Source of the DNA: a virus
Taxonomy: Duplodnaviria > Caudoviricetes
DNA length: 57,647 nt
Virus record (IMG/VR): IMGVR_UViG_3300032322_001160
Coordinates: 1 to 57,647 of that record
Reading direction: 5' to 3' (one strand)
Position numbers and translations under genes: made by a program. Within the stretch, counting starts at the first letter, position 1, and each line of letters begins with the position of its first letter. Positions 28,861-36,503 of this stretch are shown piece after piece. The notes under the pieces were generated by a model. It saw only the letters and a program-made list of their open reading frames with translations, did not search any database and was not told the origin of the DNA.

Positions 28861-29170
28861 GGTCCACGGCCAGCGGCCCACGGGACGCGGCCAGCGGCCA
28901 GCTGGGAGCGGTCCACGGCCAGCTGATAGCGCGACGGCCCCGGCCAGCTGGGCCAGCTGGTAGCGGTCCACGGCCCCCGGCTAACGGCCAGCTGGGAGCG
29001 ATCAACGGCCAGCTGGGCATGTACTTAAGTACACGGCCCCGGGTCACGTACACGGCCCGCTGGGAGCGGCCAGCGGCCCCGGCCAGCTGGGCACGGACCA
29101 CGGCCCCCGGCCAGCTGGGCACGGCCAGCGCGATACGTTTCAGGGATAACGGACCAAGGCCCACGGGGCC
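28861..29170. repeat. Degenerate tandem heptamer array (GGCCAGC / GGTCCAC / TGGGAGC variants)
   Basis: Parses as ggtccac ggccagc ggcccac gggacgc ggccagc ggccagc tgggagc ggtccac...; about 12 exact GGCCAGC copies. Confidence 0.85.
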
Positions 29171-29249
29171 CGGTTCAAATTGCATAGGCGAAACGGGTTT
29201 TTGTGCTGGCCCCGGTTGCCAGTAACAGCGCCCAGCTAATGTACAGGCG

Positions 29250-29274
29250 AAAAAAAGGCCCGCCGAAGCGGGCC
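29250..29274 (-). terminator. Intrinsic terminator
   Basis: - strand GGCCCGC-TTCG-GCGGGCC followed by T7. Confidence 0.85.
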
Positions 29275-29309
29275 AGAGGGTGACGGGCCCAGCTGGGCCC
29301 GCGAAGCGG

Positions 29310-29846
29310 TTACTTAACTTTCACGGTAATTTCGACGTCCGATAGCGCGTCGCGAATTTTGTCGGACCCGTTGTCGTCAAACCAATTATTAACGTGCTCA
29401 CCCACGTCCAGATTATCGTCAACCCACGATTCGATTTTATCGCTCAGGTTGTCGCCAATCCACTGCTCGATATACCCGTCCAGATTATCGTCGGCCCAGC
29501 GGTTTATTTTTTCGTCCATCAAGAAAACGTCGATTCGGGTATCGATTCGCTGATCGAGCTGGGCCGCGTCCGCCAACGCGGCGGCGATACGTGCGTCGAT
29601 TCGCTGATCGAGCTGGGCCGCGTCCGCAATGCGAATCCCGTCCGCTTGCGGGGCCGAGATATCAAGCTTTTCAATTTCGGCCGCGACAGTATTTAAAACG
29701 ACGTGCAAAAGGGTACGGGCCGCGATCGCGTCCGCTGAACTCATCGCATTAAGCATCTGCTCAGAGTAAGCGAAAGCTTGCTCTATTGTGTCGCGCTCGC
29801 CAAACATGCCCACGCGTATAGCGGCCGCTAAAGTGTATTTATCCAT
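29310..29846 (-). CDS. Acidic repeat protein of the early cassette
   Basis: Start placed at ATG 29846 after the ATACAGGGA leader; ADAAQLDQRID twice and four I/V-x-x-W-x-x-D-N repeats. Confidence 0.75.
   Translation of the reverse strand: MDKYTLAAAIRVGMFGERDTIEQAFAYSEQMLNAMSSADAIAARTLLHVVLNTVAAEIEKLDISAPQADGIRIADAAQLDQRIDARIAAALADAAQLDQRIDTRIDVFLMDEKINRWADDNLDGYIEQWIGDNLSDKIESWVDDNLDVGEHVNNWFDDNGSDKIRDALSDVEITVKVK
29542..29627. repeat. 32-bp perfect direct repeat (29542-29573, 29596-29627)
   Basis: tcgattcgctgatcgagctgggccgcgtccgc occurs twice, offset by 54 bp. Confidence 0.85.
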
Positions 29847-29854
29847 GGTTTGTA

Positions 29855-29910
29855 TCCCTGTATGAAAGTTGATCAACGCGGGCATATGCCCGCCCGGAAA
29901 GTATAGCGCA
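29855..29910 (-). promoter_or_regulatory. Early promoter-leader unit 4
   Basis: -10 TATACT (29900-29905), then TTCCGGGCGGGCATATGCCC hairpin and ATACAGGGA leader; -35 poor. Confidence 0.6.
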
Positions 29911-29916
29911 AATCAG

Positions 29917-29945
29917 AAAAAAGAAAAGGCCCGCCGAAGCGGGCC
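29917..29945 (-). terminator. Intrinsic terminator with the same stem-loop as 29257-29274
   Basis: GGCCCGC-TTCG-GCGGGCC followed by TTTTCTTTTTT. Confidence 0.85.
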
Positions 29946-29979
29946 CGCGCGGCCCTTTCGGGCCGAGCTCAGGGAAAAA

Positions 29980-31068
29980 TTAAGCGGCCACTAGGTCCAG
30001 TAAATCGCCCGCTTGCGTTTCGAATTCGACGCGGTCCGCCGTCCAAGGGATTGAGCGCGCATACGCCGTCGCGCCCGTTACAGCGTCCCAGATGGTTTCA
30101 ATGGGACGGCCCTCGTCCATCACGTGGGCGTGTTCGATTCGTTGCGCGACGCGCGGCCCGAAACGATTCGCCAAGAATTTACCCACGTCCGGGATTCGCT
30201 CGCGCTGGGCCGCTTGCAATACGCCCAGCGTGTTCGACTCGCTCGCTTGCGAATAAGCGAGCAACGCGGGCGCAACTTCTTCAATGAAGCGGTCCGGAGC
30301 GCTGGCCGTATGACGCAAGCTTATCTCTTCGAGCTCATGAGCGCCCCAAACGATTCGATTCGCGCAAACATAATCGAACAAAAATGTTTTCACCCGTAGC
30401 GCGCCGCCGCCCACTTCGGAGTTAGTGACAAAAAACCCGCGAGCGAGCGCGCCCGTTTTCCCGTCGCGACGGCCCGGGAGCTCGATTCGGTTTATCTCAT
30501 CCGCGAGAAAAACGAACATATCACGATCGCCCGCGTACAGCGTGGTATTTTGGCGATCCACCTGTACCGCTAGGCCGAACACGCCCGGGACGCGAAAATC
30601 GCCCGTCACGCCATCGCCGAATCTATCCATCAGCGCCGCGATCACGTCGTCGTTCCACACGCGCCCGTAACGCGGGCCCGTCATAGCGCGAATTGTCGAT
30701 TCGCCGTTTTTCGTCAATAAAACGCCCACGTCCTGCGCGTCGCGCTCGTGTTGCATGCCCCAGTTGATACAGTCCGCCGCGACGGGCGCCGGGAGCGAGC
30801 GGAGATAACCGGCGGGCGCGCCGATCAATCCCGCCGCTTGACCGAATGCCCAGTGCGACGGGGCGAATCCGTGCCCGCTCGGGCCCTCAATCAAAATCCC
30901 GGAGTTGTCATCCGTCGGGACGGCCCGCAACGCGCGCGAGCTCACCACGGCGGCCCGGCTAATAGCGCGTTGGGCCGCTTGCGCGGCGTGCATTTCCGTG
31001 AGCGAGATAAACCGCTCTTCAGCGGGACGGGTAGACCATTGTTTCGAAGCTTGCATCAATGTACTCAT
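29980..31068 (-). CDS. DUF932-like early protein
   Basis: YAGDRDMFVFL, GFFVTNSEVG, FLFDYVCANR and LRHT match my recollection of DUF932 proteins. Confidence 0.7.
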   Translation of the reverse strand: MSTLMQASKQWSTRPAEERFISLTEMHAAQAAQRAISRAAVVSSRALRAVPTDDNSGILIEGPSGHGFAPSHWAFGQAAGLIGAPAGYLRSLPAPVAADCINWGMQHERDAQDVGVLLTKNGESTIRAMTGPRYGRVWNDDVIAALMDRFGDGVTGDFRVPGVFGLAVQVDRQNTTLYAGDRDMFVFLADEINRIELPGRRDGKTGALARGFFVTNSEVGGGALRVKTFLFDYVCANRIVWGAHELEEISLRHTASAPDRFIEEVAPALLAYSQASESNTLGVLQAAQRERIPDVGKFLANRFGPRVAQRIEHAHVMDEGRPIETIWDAVTGATAYARSIPWTADRVEFETQAGDLLDLVAA

Positions 31069-31073
31069 TTGAT

Positions 31074-31151
31074 TCTCCCTGTATTGAATCGGTTGAAATG
31101 AGCGGGACTTTGCCCGCCCGGAAATTATAAGGCCGTTTTCTGGAAATTCAA
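31074..31151 (-). promoter_or_regulatory. Early promoter-leader unit 3
   Basis: TTGAAT-16 nt-TATAAT, then TTCCGGGCGGGCAAAGTCCCGC hairpin and ATACAGGGAGA RBS. Confidence 0.75.
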
Positions 31152-31814
31152 AGTAATTTTTTCGGCCCGCTTCGCGCCGCTACCATGGGCCAAAAAACCG
31201 ACAATTGTCGGACGGTCCGCCCGCGCGCACAATTGACAATCCGCGCACGAAACATCGTCGCGGGTTTGCGCTGGGCACGTGATAACTAAGCGGCCCGCCG
31301 GGGTGAGATTTTTAGCGCCCGCATTGGCCGGGAGTATTGTCACCACGGGCCCCGCGTCCGCGTCCGCGAGCGCGTCCGCATGCGCGAGCGAATTCGCCGA
31401 TAGGTTGACAGTAAATCCGGCTTTGTTCGCTTCGCGAATTAGCGCCGCGTTTTCACGGGTTAGCGGTTTATGCGTATAAGTGAATCCGCGTTTTCCCGCA
31501 TTGGCCCGGGTTAGCATGCGAAGCGCGTCCGGGTTGATCGTTTCATTCAGTCCCGGTAAATCGCCCGCCTGATTATGTCGCCACAATTGGCCCACCGGGA
31601 GCGCGTCGATAGCGTCGCAAAATTCGGCCCATTGCATGCCCCGCTCGCCCTCAGTAACAGCGCGCCAATGCAACGCAAGCGGCCCGCCGTCCGCATAGCA
31701 TCCGTTTTTCTTAAGCGGGCACGAATCGGGGCACGATAGCGCGCTAGTAGTAGATACCGGTATCGGGCCGGTTTTCTTATTCGAACTCTTGATTGTCAAA
31801 TGTACTGTTCGCAT
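31125..31814 (-). CDS. Cys-rich early protein, possibly radical-SAM/Fe-S-like
   Basis: NKKTG, CPDSCPLKKNGCYA, RHNQAGD, FTYTH, CPAQ..CADCQLC; start placed at ATG 31814. Confidence 0.7.
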   Translation of the reverse strand: MRTVHLTIKSSNKKTGPIPVSTTSALSCPDSCPLKKNGCYADGGPLALHWRAVTEGERGMQWAEFCDAIDALPVGQLWRHNQAGDLPGLNETINPDALRMLTRANAGKRGFTYTHKPLTRENAALIREANKAGFTVNLSANSLAHADALADADAGPVVTILPANAGAKNLTPAGRLVITCPAQTRDDVSCADCQLCARADRPTIVGFLAHGSGAKRAEKITLNFQKTAL

Positions 31815-31819
31815 TGTTT

Positions 31820-31883
31820 TCTCCCTGTATATGCGCACCACGTGCGCGAAACGCTATGTTAGTCGATACATTCTAAAAAGCAA
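31820..31883 (-). promoter_or_regulatory. Early promoter-leader unit 2
   Basis: TTGCTT-16 nt-TAACAT, GCGCAC-GTG-GTGCGC hairpin, ATACAGGGAGA RBS. Confidence 0.55.
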
Positions 31884-31920
31884 GTAAAAATTCAATTATT
31901 TTTTACGGCCAAAAATCGAC

Positions 31921-32073
31921 TCAATCAAATTGTGCAGGAAAAGCATACGCGCGACGCGAAACATGGACCCACGCAGGTTTCGTTCCGCTTCGCGTTGCTG
32001 CATTTCCTGAAGCTTTTTTAATCGCTCGCTTTTGGCCCGCTCCCGTAGGATTAGCCGCTCGCGCATGATGCAT
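31921..32073 (-). CDS. Possible small basic ORF
   Basis: TGATG overlap with the upstream gene stop; no recognisable motif. Confidence 0.25.
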   Translation of the reverse strand: MHHARAANPTGAGQKRAIKKASGNAATRSGTKPAWVHVSRRAYAFPAQFD

Positions 32074-32273
32074 CACGTCTCGCGCATCACGTCCGCCGTG
32101 GCAAACACCAAGCGAATAATCGACAAAATATTTTCTGCCTTTCCACCGGCCAGAAAACAAGCGGCCAAGGTGAGCGCCGCCGCCGCTTCTTGATCAGTCA
32201 AATCCATTTTTTCATCCGCAAAAGCGATTAGCTGTATCGCCGCGTCGCTACGGGTTAATTTTGCTCGTTCCAT
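32073..32273 (-). CDS. Small helical early protein
   Basis: ATG 32273 preceded by the ATACAGGGAGA RBS. Confidence 0.65.
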   Translation of the reverse strand: MERAKLTRSDAAIQLIAFADEKMDLTDQEAAAALTLAACFLAGGKAENILSIIRLVFATADVMRET

Positions 32274-32278
32274 TTTGT

Positions 32279-32342
32279 TCTCCCTGTATAGTCCGGGCAC
32301 ATGCCCGTCCGGAAACTATAGCACCGCTTCCGGGGTTTGCAA
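32279..32342 (-). promoter_or_regulatory. Early promoter-leader unit 1
   Basis: TTGCAA-16 nt-TATAGT with extended -10 TG, then TTCCGGACGGGCATGTGCCC hairpin and ATACAGGGAGA. Confidence 0.7.
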
Positions 32343-32738
32343 AACCTTTTTGTGAAACTCTTCCCAATCAATTTTTGACAAGGGCCAGCGCGCGACACAA
32401 TCGGCCAGAATCCCACGCTTGGCAATATCTAGCACCTGCCCGCCCGTAAACAGCAACAACTCAGGCGCGCGAACTTTGGTGTTCACTTCCACGACAACAA
32501 AGGTCGGACACCCGAGCGCCGCATGCTTCATATGAAACGCATACTGATGCGGACTCAGGTTAATTTTCAGGCCCGCACTAACTACCTTCAACTCGATTAG
32601 AACGAAATGCGAATTCGGGAGCGCCACCAGTAGGTCCGGAATCCCCAAGTTCACCCGCGTTTCCAACCTCGTCAGATGAACCGTCGTCCAGTTCCGCTTC
32701 AATCTGTCGAAAAGCCGCTGCTCGTTTTTTCGTGACAA
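32316..32738 (-). CDS. PD-(D/E)XK nuclease, VRR-NUC / Holliday junction resolvase-like
   Basis: RLE..GIPDLLV..IELKV..LSPHQYAF. Confidence 0.8.
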   Translation of the reverse strand: MSRKNEQRLFDRLKRNWTTVHLTRLETRVNLGIPDLLVALPNSHFVLIELKVVSAGLKINLSPHQYAFHMKHAALGCPTFVVVEVNTKVRAPELLLFTGGQVLDIAKRGILADCVARWPLSKIDWEEFHKKVLQTPEAVL

Positions 32739-33405
32739 GTGCCCGCTCCTCGCCCAATCCGCTCAAGTCCAAAAGCTCACCCGGATCAAATTCTACTTGG
32801 GGTTCGACGGGAATAGCTTCTTCTTCGACAACACGGGATTCCATTTCCAAAATCGCAGTAGGCGGCGGTCCGCCATAGATTTTCTTAATCTCTTCTAGCT
32901 TTTTCATTACCTCTTCTTTGCTCATGGAATCGATCGTGCCAATCCGCACTTCCTTGCGATCGACGTAGATGGTCCCTAGAGCCTGTCCACGGCGATATTC
33001 AGCCTGTACAGCCGCAGACCATGCCCCGGCCTCGATCGCCTTGTCACGGATCGTCTGAAGGTCCCGCATGTGCCGCTCGAAGTTCGTCCCATACTTCTCC
33101 GCCAATTCAGCCCTGAGCTCGTTAATGGCCGCTACAACGTGCGGACTACGGGCAGGGTCCATGAGCCGCGTAATCGCCTCACGAGCCGCGTTAGGCGTGT
33201 ACCCTGCTCGAATCGCCGCCTCTGTCCGCGTCATGGTCCCGTCGCGTGTTACGTACTCCTGAACAAAGGCCCATTCCTTCGGCGTGAGCAAAACTTCCTT
33301 CTTCCCTTTAACCCTTGGCGTTTTGGCAACCCTTTCCAGCACGTCCTCGGGCAGGCTGGGCATCGGGACCATCTTCCGGGTCTCCACTTTCCTTCGTGTC
33401 ATCAA
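32578..33405 (-). CDS. terS: Terminase small subunit
   Basis: LTPKEWAFVQEY..TEAAIRAGY helix-turn-helix; AAVQAEYRRGQALG; AGGGAGA RBS. Confidence 0.8.
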   Translation of the reverse strand: MMTRRKVETRKMVPMPSLPEDVLERVAKTPRVKGKKEVLLTPKEWAFVQEYVTRDGTMTRTEAAIRAGYTPNAAREAITRLMDPARSPHVVAAINELRAELAEKYGTNFERHMRDLQTIRDKAIEAGAWSAAVQAEYRRGQALGTIYVDRKEVRIGTIDSMSKEEVMKKLEEIKKIYGGPPPTAILEMESRVVEEEAIPVEPQVEFDPGELLDLSGLGEERALVTKKRAAAFRQIEAELDDGSSDEVGNAGELGDSGPTGGAPEFAFRSNRVEGS

Positions 33406-33414
33406 GCTCTCCCT

Positions 33415-33780
33415 TTATATATTTCTTACCCTAAAAAAAAAAAAAAAAACTAAAAAAAGTTCCCGCGCGCGCACCCCGTAAATTTCCTATATACGCTTAC
33501 ACCCATACAGTTACCCATATAACAACAGTGATGTCACACCCGCATAAACACTACGTTCTTACGGTATTACGTCAATTACGTCAATTTTGGTGAAAAAAAA
33601 AGTAAAAAATTTTTGAGGGTAGAAAATATCTATAGAGTTCCACCGAAAGCCCCATTCCTTCCCTTTTTGTCAACTTTGACCCGTGATCCGTGGTCCGTGA
33701 CCCCTCATCCCTTACCATTCCAACAACATCCATTACCAATGCAGCAATATCTCTTCCCTTTTCAACAACATTCCCCCTAC
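33415..33780. other. AT-rich non-coding region, candidate replication origin or control region
   Basis: A17 tract (33433-33449), further A tracts, many TTAC words, tandem ATTACGTCA twice (33566-33583). Confidence 0.45.
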
Positions 33781-33786
33781 ACTTAC

Positions 33787-34059
33787 CTAATGCGCAACAA
33801 TTTGCCCACCGAGCACTGCCGCCATTGCCGAAAACACAACAGGATCGATGGTTTCACCCAACATAAAGTCCACGATTTGGTCGTAATCTTCTTCGTTGAG
33901 CGGTGAGCCGAGGAAGATGAGTTGTCGTCCGTCTTTCAAGGTCACGTACATCACCTGAACCTTGGACCCTGATCCACGGAACAGAAGCTGCTGTAGCGCC
34001 TCAGAAAGCGCTGTATCGATTTCTTTGTCCTCATCCATGCCAACTACCTCCCACGGCAA
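33787..34059 (-). CDS. Hypothetical acidic protein
   Basis: Last ORF of the small-gene cluster; probable start is MDEDKE after GGAGG. Confidence 0.55.
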   Translation of the reverse strand: MPWEVVGMDEDKEIDTALSEALQQLLFRGSGSKVQVMYVTLKDGRQLIFLGSPLNEEDYDQIVDFMLGETIDPVVFSAMAAVLGGQIVAH

Positions 34060-34283
34060 AATAAGCGCTTAGCGGCCCGCATATCGTCCGCTGAGGTCCC
34101 TGTCCACCATTTAATGCAAGCCCCGTTCCTTTGTGCCTCGGCGTAGCCGGTTTGTCTGCCGATGGCGTAGGCCTCGGTAACGGTTTGGCTGTCGGCGGGA
34201 AGCTTGTCAATGAGATAACCCGTCGTGAAACAACATAGGGCAACAAACGTATAGGCGAAGAGGTGGATGGTTTTACTGGTCAT
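34044..34283 (-). CDS. Small membrane-anchored hypothetical protein
   Basis: N-terminal hydrophobic helix; overlaps its neighbours. Confidence 0.55.
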   Translation of the reverse strand: MTSKTIHLFAYTFVALCCFTTGYLIDKLPADSQTVTEAYAIGRQTGYAEAQRNGACIKWWTGTSADDMRAAKRLFCRGR

Positions 34284-34527
34284 GATCGTTTGCTCGGCGG
34301 GTACGTCGTTCGTTGTCTTCTTTAATTAAATCTTTGATATTGTCAATTGACAGGCCGGATCGCTCGTAGATGGCGAGGATTAGGGCGGCGGAGATGTTTT
34401 GTGTGCCTTTTCTGATCCGTGAGACGCTACCCGTGGATATTGCCAGCTTATCGGCGAGCGAGTTATCCGTTTGGATGCCGTAGATCAGCATGAGGGTATC
34501 CAACAGGGCGTGGGGGTGTCGTTGCAT
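34273..34527 (-). CDS. XRE-like helix-turn-helix protein
   Basis: LLD..D.SLA..L.I....VSRIR.G..ISA..IL pattern; start placed at ATG 34527. Confidence 0.7.
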   Translation of the reverse strand: MQRHPHALLDTLMLIYGIQTDNSLADKLAISTGSVSRIRKGTQNISAALILAIYERSGLSIDNIKDLIKEDNERRTRRANDHDQ

Positions 34528-34540
34528 GGTCTGTCCCCTT

Positions 34541-34672
34541 TTACTTTTCGTCAATCGTCTCATCACGGCCGAATCCTGCCCAGAAGAGAAAGACGAGGGT
34601 AAAGAGGGCGATCATGCTGCCCGCACCGATCAGGATGCCGGAGATGACGAGGAGGAGGGCGTAGTTGTCCAT
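34541..34672 (-). CDS. Small membrane protein (43 aa, below the ORF track cutoff)
   Basis: MDNYALLLVISGILIGAGSMIALFTLVFLFWAGFGRDETIDEK, read manually. Confidence 0.55.
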   Translation of the reverse strand: MDNYALLLVISGILIGAGSMIALFTLVFLFWAGFGRDETIDEK

Positions 34673-34674
34673 GA

Positions 34675-34818
34675 TCAGGTCAGAAGGACGGCGATTAGGA
34701 TGCCTGCGACGGCGGCGGCGAAGATAACGGTCATGGTGTCCTCCAGAAAGAGGTCGTGTTTATCGGATTCCGTCCAAAGGTCGGACGATTTTTTTGGGTC
34801 CTCGGGCTCGTGGTTCAT
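34675..34818 (-). CDS. Small protein with C-terminal hydrophobic helix (47 aa)
   Basis: ATGA-coupled, AGGAG RBS; MNHEPEDPKK...VIFAAAVAGILIAVLLT. Confidence 0.55.
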   Translation of the reverse strand: MNHEPEDPKKSSDLWTESDKHDLFLEDTMTVIFAAAVAGILIAVLLT

Positions 34819-35138
34819 TGCGTCTCCTTGGTGAGGTATCTCAACTCCACGATTTGTGCGGCTTCCCGTAGCTTTGAGACGTTGGTTCGTTTCATGACTT
34901 CGATGGCAATCGCGATGAAGGTCTCTAACTCGGCGCGTTCATCATCGCCCCAGCCGATCAATCCGGCAATTGCCGCCTGAAGGCGCTCGTCCTTGAGCTT
35001 TGTAGCGCGCTCAGCCAAGTACTCCAGTTCTTCTCTTGGAATGGCAGAGCGTTGCTGGAGCAGTTCAGTCATGCGGGCGGCTTGTTCAGCGACAAAGTGA
35101 GCGTCAGGTTTAATCCGGCGCACCGTCTTCCTCATCAT
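34815..35138 (-). CDS. Hypothetical helical protein
   Basis: ORF within the tightly packed - strand cluster. Confidence 0.6.
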   Translation of the reverse strand: MMRKTVRRIKPDAHFVAEQAARMTELLQQRSAIPREELEYLAERATKLKDERLQAAIAGLIGWGDDERAELETFIAIAIEVMKRTNVSKLREAAQIVELRYLTKETQ

Positions 35139-35334
35139 CAGGAATCTTGCCAGTGCGTCTCAAAGCCGCCACCGCAAAGGTCTTCGCGGAATTGAGGTTG
35201 ATGAATTCCTTGTCCTCCACGCGATACGTGCGGGAGGGCCCGTCATAGTTGACGTGGATTAGGATTTCACCAGAAGGCGCGACGTAGCTATGCCGCTCGT
35301 AGGTCAGTTCGGTCCAGAAGTATTCACCGTACAT
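35110..35334 (-). CDS. Hypothetical protein
   Basis: AGGAGA RBS; overlaps its neighbours. Confidence 0.6.
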   Translation of the reverse strand: MYGEYFWTELTYERHSYVAPSGEILIHVNYDGPSRTYRVEDKEFINLNSAKTFAVAALRRTGKIPDDEEDGAPD

Positions 35335-36100
35335 CGTTCATCTCCTGTGGAGGGACCACCGGACCTTGAGCCGTGATCCGGTAATCTTTAAAAATAACAC
35401 CACGACTGGCATCCCCGCGCTTATGCGGTTTGCGCCAGAAGCGTTTGTTACCGCGCATGACCCAATGCCCACGGACATCATGCAAGCGGGGGGTGGCGTG
35501 GGTGCCGCCTAAAGAAGCAGATTTTGTACGCTGAGGCTCCAACACGACAGTGGTCCACTCAAAAAGCGGCTTCTTACCCTGTCGCAGACGCTTTGCGTGA
35601 TTCGACTTGACCGTTGCCCGATATGTCGGCACGGTCTCTTTGTTCAAATGCTTTAGCCAAAAGCTAATCGCCACCAAACTAGCCTTGGCCGACTGTATCA
35701 CCCGCTCATCGTCGTAGTGTTTCTTGTCTTCAAATAAAATGCTAATGCCCGATTCGATGTCTTGTTCCTTTGGATCGCAAAAGAACCGGGGGTAATTATC
35801 TACGGTGCCTTTGCCCTTGGCCAAGGCCTGTATCACCCAGCCCTTATGCTCGAGCGTCGTGCCATCGGCCCGTGGCGGTTGATCGACTTCTTGTACGCCA
35901 ATTGCCACCCGGTTATCAAATTCATCGAACATCACGATCCCACAAAAAGGAAACGGCAGGGGATTTTGAAAGCCCTCAATCGTTAACGTGTGATCGTAAT
36001 CTTCACGGATCGAATTCCACTTCTCATGCATATCGAACCACACCATGTCAGCGGCAATATCCGGAATTAATGCGGCCATCTCAGCGACTAAGGGCGTCAT
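35324..36100 (-). CDS. Hypothetical phage protein with a C-terminal His/Arg nucleic-acid-binding-like motif
   Basis: GGTHATPRLHDVRGHW..FWRKPHKRGD; start placed at ATG 36100 after AGGAGA. Confidence 0.7.
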   Translation of the reverse strand: MTPLVAEMAALIPDIAADMVWFDMHEKWNSIREDYDHTLTIEGFQNPLPFPFCGIVMFDEFDNRVAIGVQEVDQPPRADGTTLEHKGWVIQALAKGKGTVDNYPRFFCDPKEQDIESGISILFEDKKHYDDERVIQSAKASLVAISFWLKHLNKETVPTYRATVKSNHAKRLRQGKKPLFEWTTVVLEPQRTKSASLGGTHATPRLHDVRGHWVMRGNKRFWRKPHKRGDASRGVIFKDYRITAQGPVVPPQEMNDVR

Positions 36101-36312
36101 GCGGTCTCTCCTTTGCATTCGGCACAACGCCAGCCTTTCATGGCCGGGGTCTTATCGCGGGGTTTGAAGGTCTTGCATGAGGCGCAGAAGCGCTTTCCGT
36201 AGTTAATCTTTACACCGGGTTGTGCGCGCGTACTACTTTGCTGCTCCATCCAGTTGCCGGAGAACTGATCAAAGCGCACGTCACTACCTCGGACGCGGTT
36301 TTTAACCGTCAT
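36097..36312 (-). CDS. Small zinc-ribbon protein
   Basis: CASC..CAEC; start at ATG 36312 (ATGA overlap). Confidence 0.6.
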   Translation of the reverse strand: MTVKNRVRGSDVRFDQFSGNWMEQQSSTRAQPGVKINYGKRFCASCKTFKPRDKTPAMKGWRCAECKGETA

Positions 36313-36503
36313 GTGTTCTTCTCCTTCAACTGTCGGCGGAGTTTCCTGATCTCGGCGATCAGTCCTTTGTGATAGACGTGCATACGGTGGAGGTGTTTTG
36401 CATAGAGCGGCAGGCCCAGTTCCTTTAGCTCGTCCACGACTTCTGGGGTATCCGAAAACCAATCGGCTTTCTTTAGGATGTCGATGTCTTTAGGTGTTTT
36501 CAT
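36309..36503 (-). CDS. Hypothetical protein
   Basis: ATGA-coupled on both sides; GAGGAG RBS. Confidence 0.6.
   Translation of the reverse strand: MKTPKDIDILKKADWFSDTPEVVDELKELGLPLYAKHLHRMHVYHKGLIAEIRKLRRQLKEKNT

Noticed and set aside
28861-29170. Repeat array as a CRISPR array
   Set aside because: Units are 7 bp and contiguous, with no constant 25-40 bp repeat, no unique spacers and no cas genes
28618-29225. ORFs 28618..28971, 28749..29225 and 28814..29185
   Set aside because: Open frames produced by the GC-rich repeat; no RBS and repetitive low-information translations
33433-33449. A17 tract as a phase-variation switch
   Set aside because: It is non-coding, its length may be a sequencing artefact, and a single sequence cannot show variation
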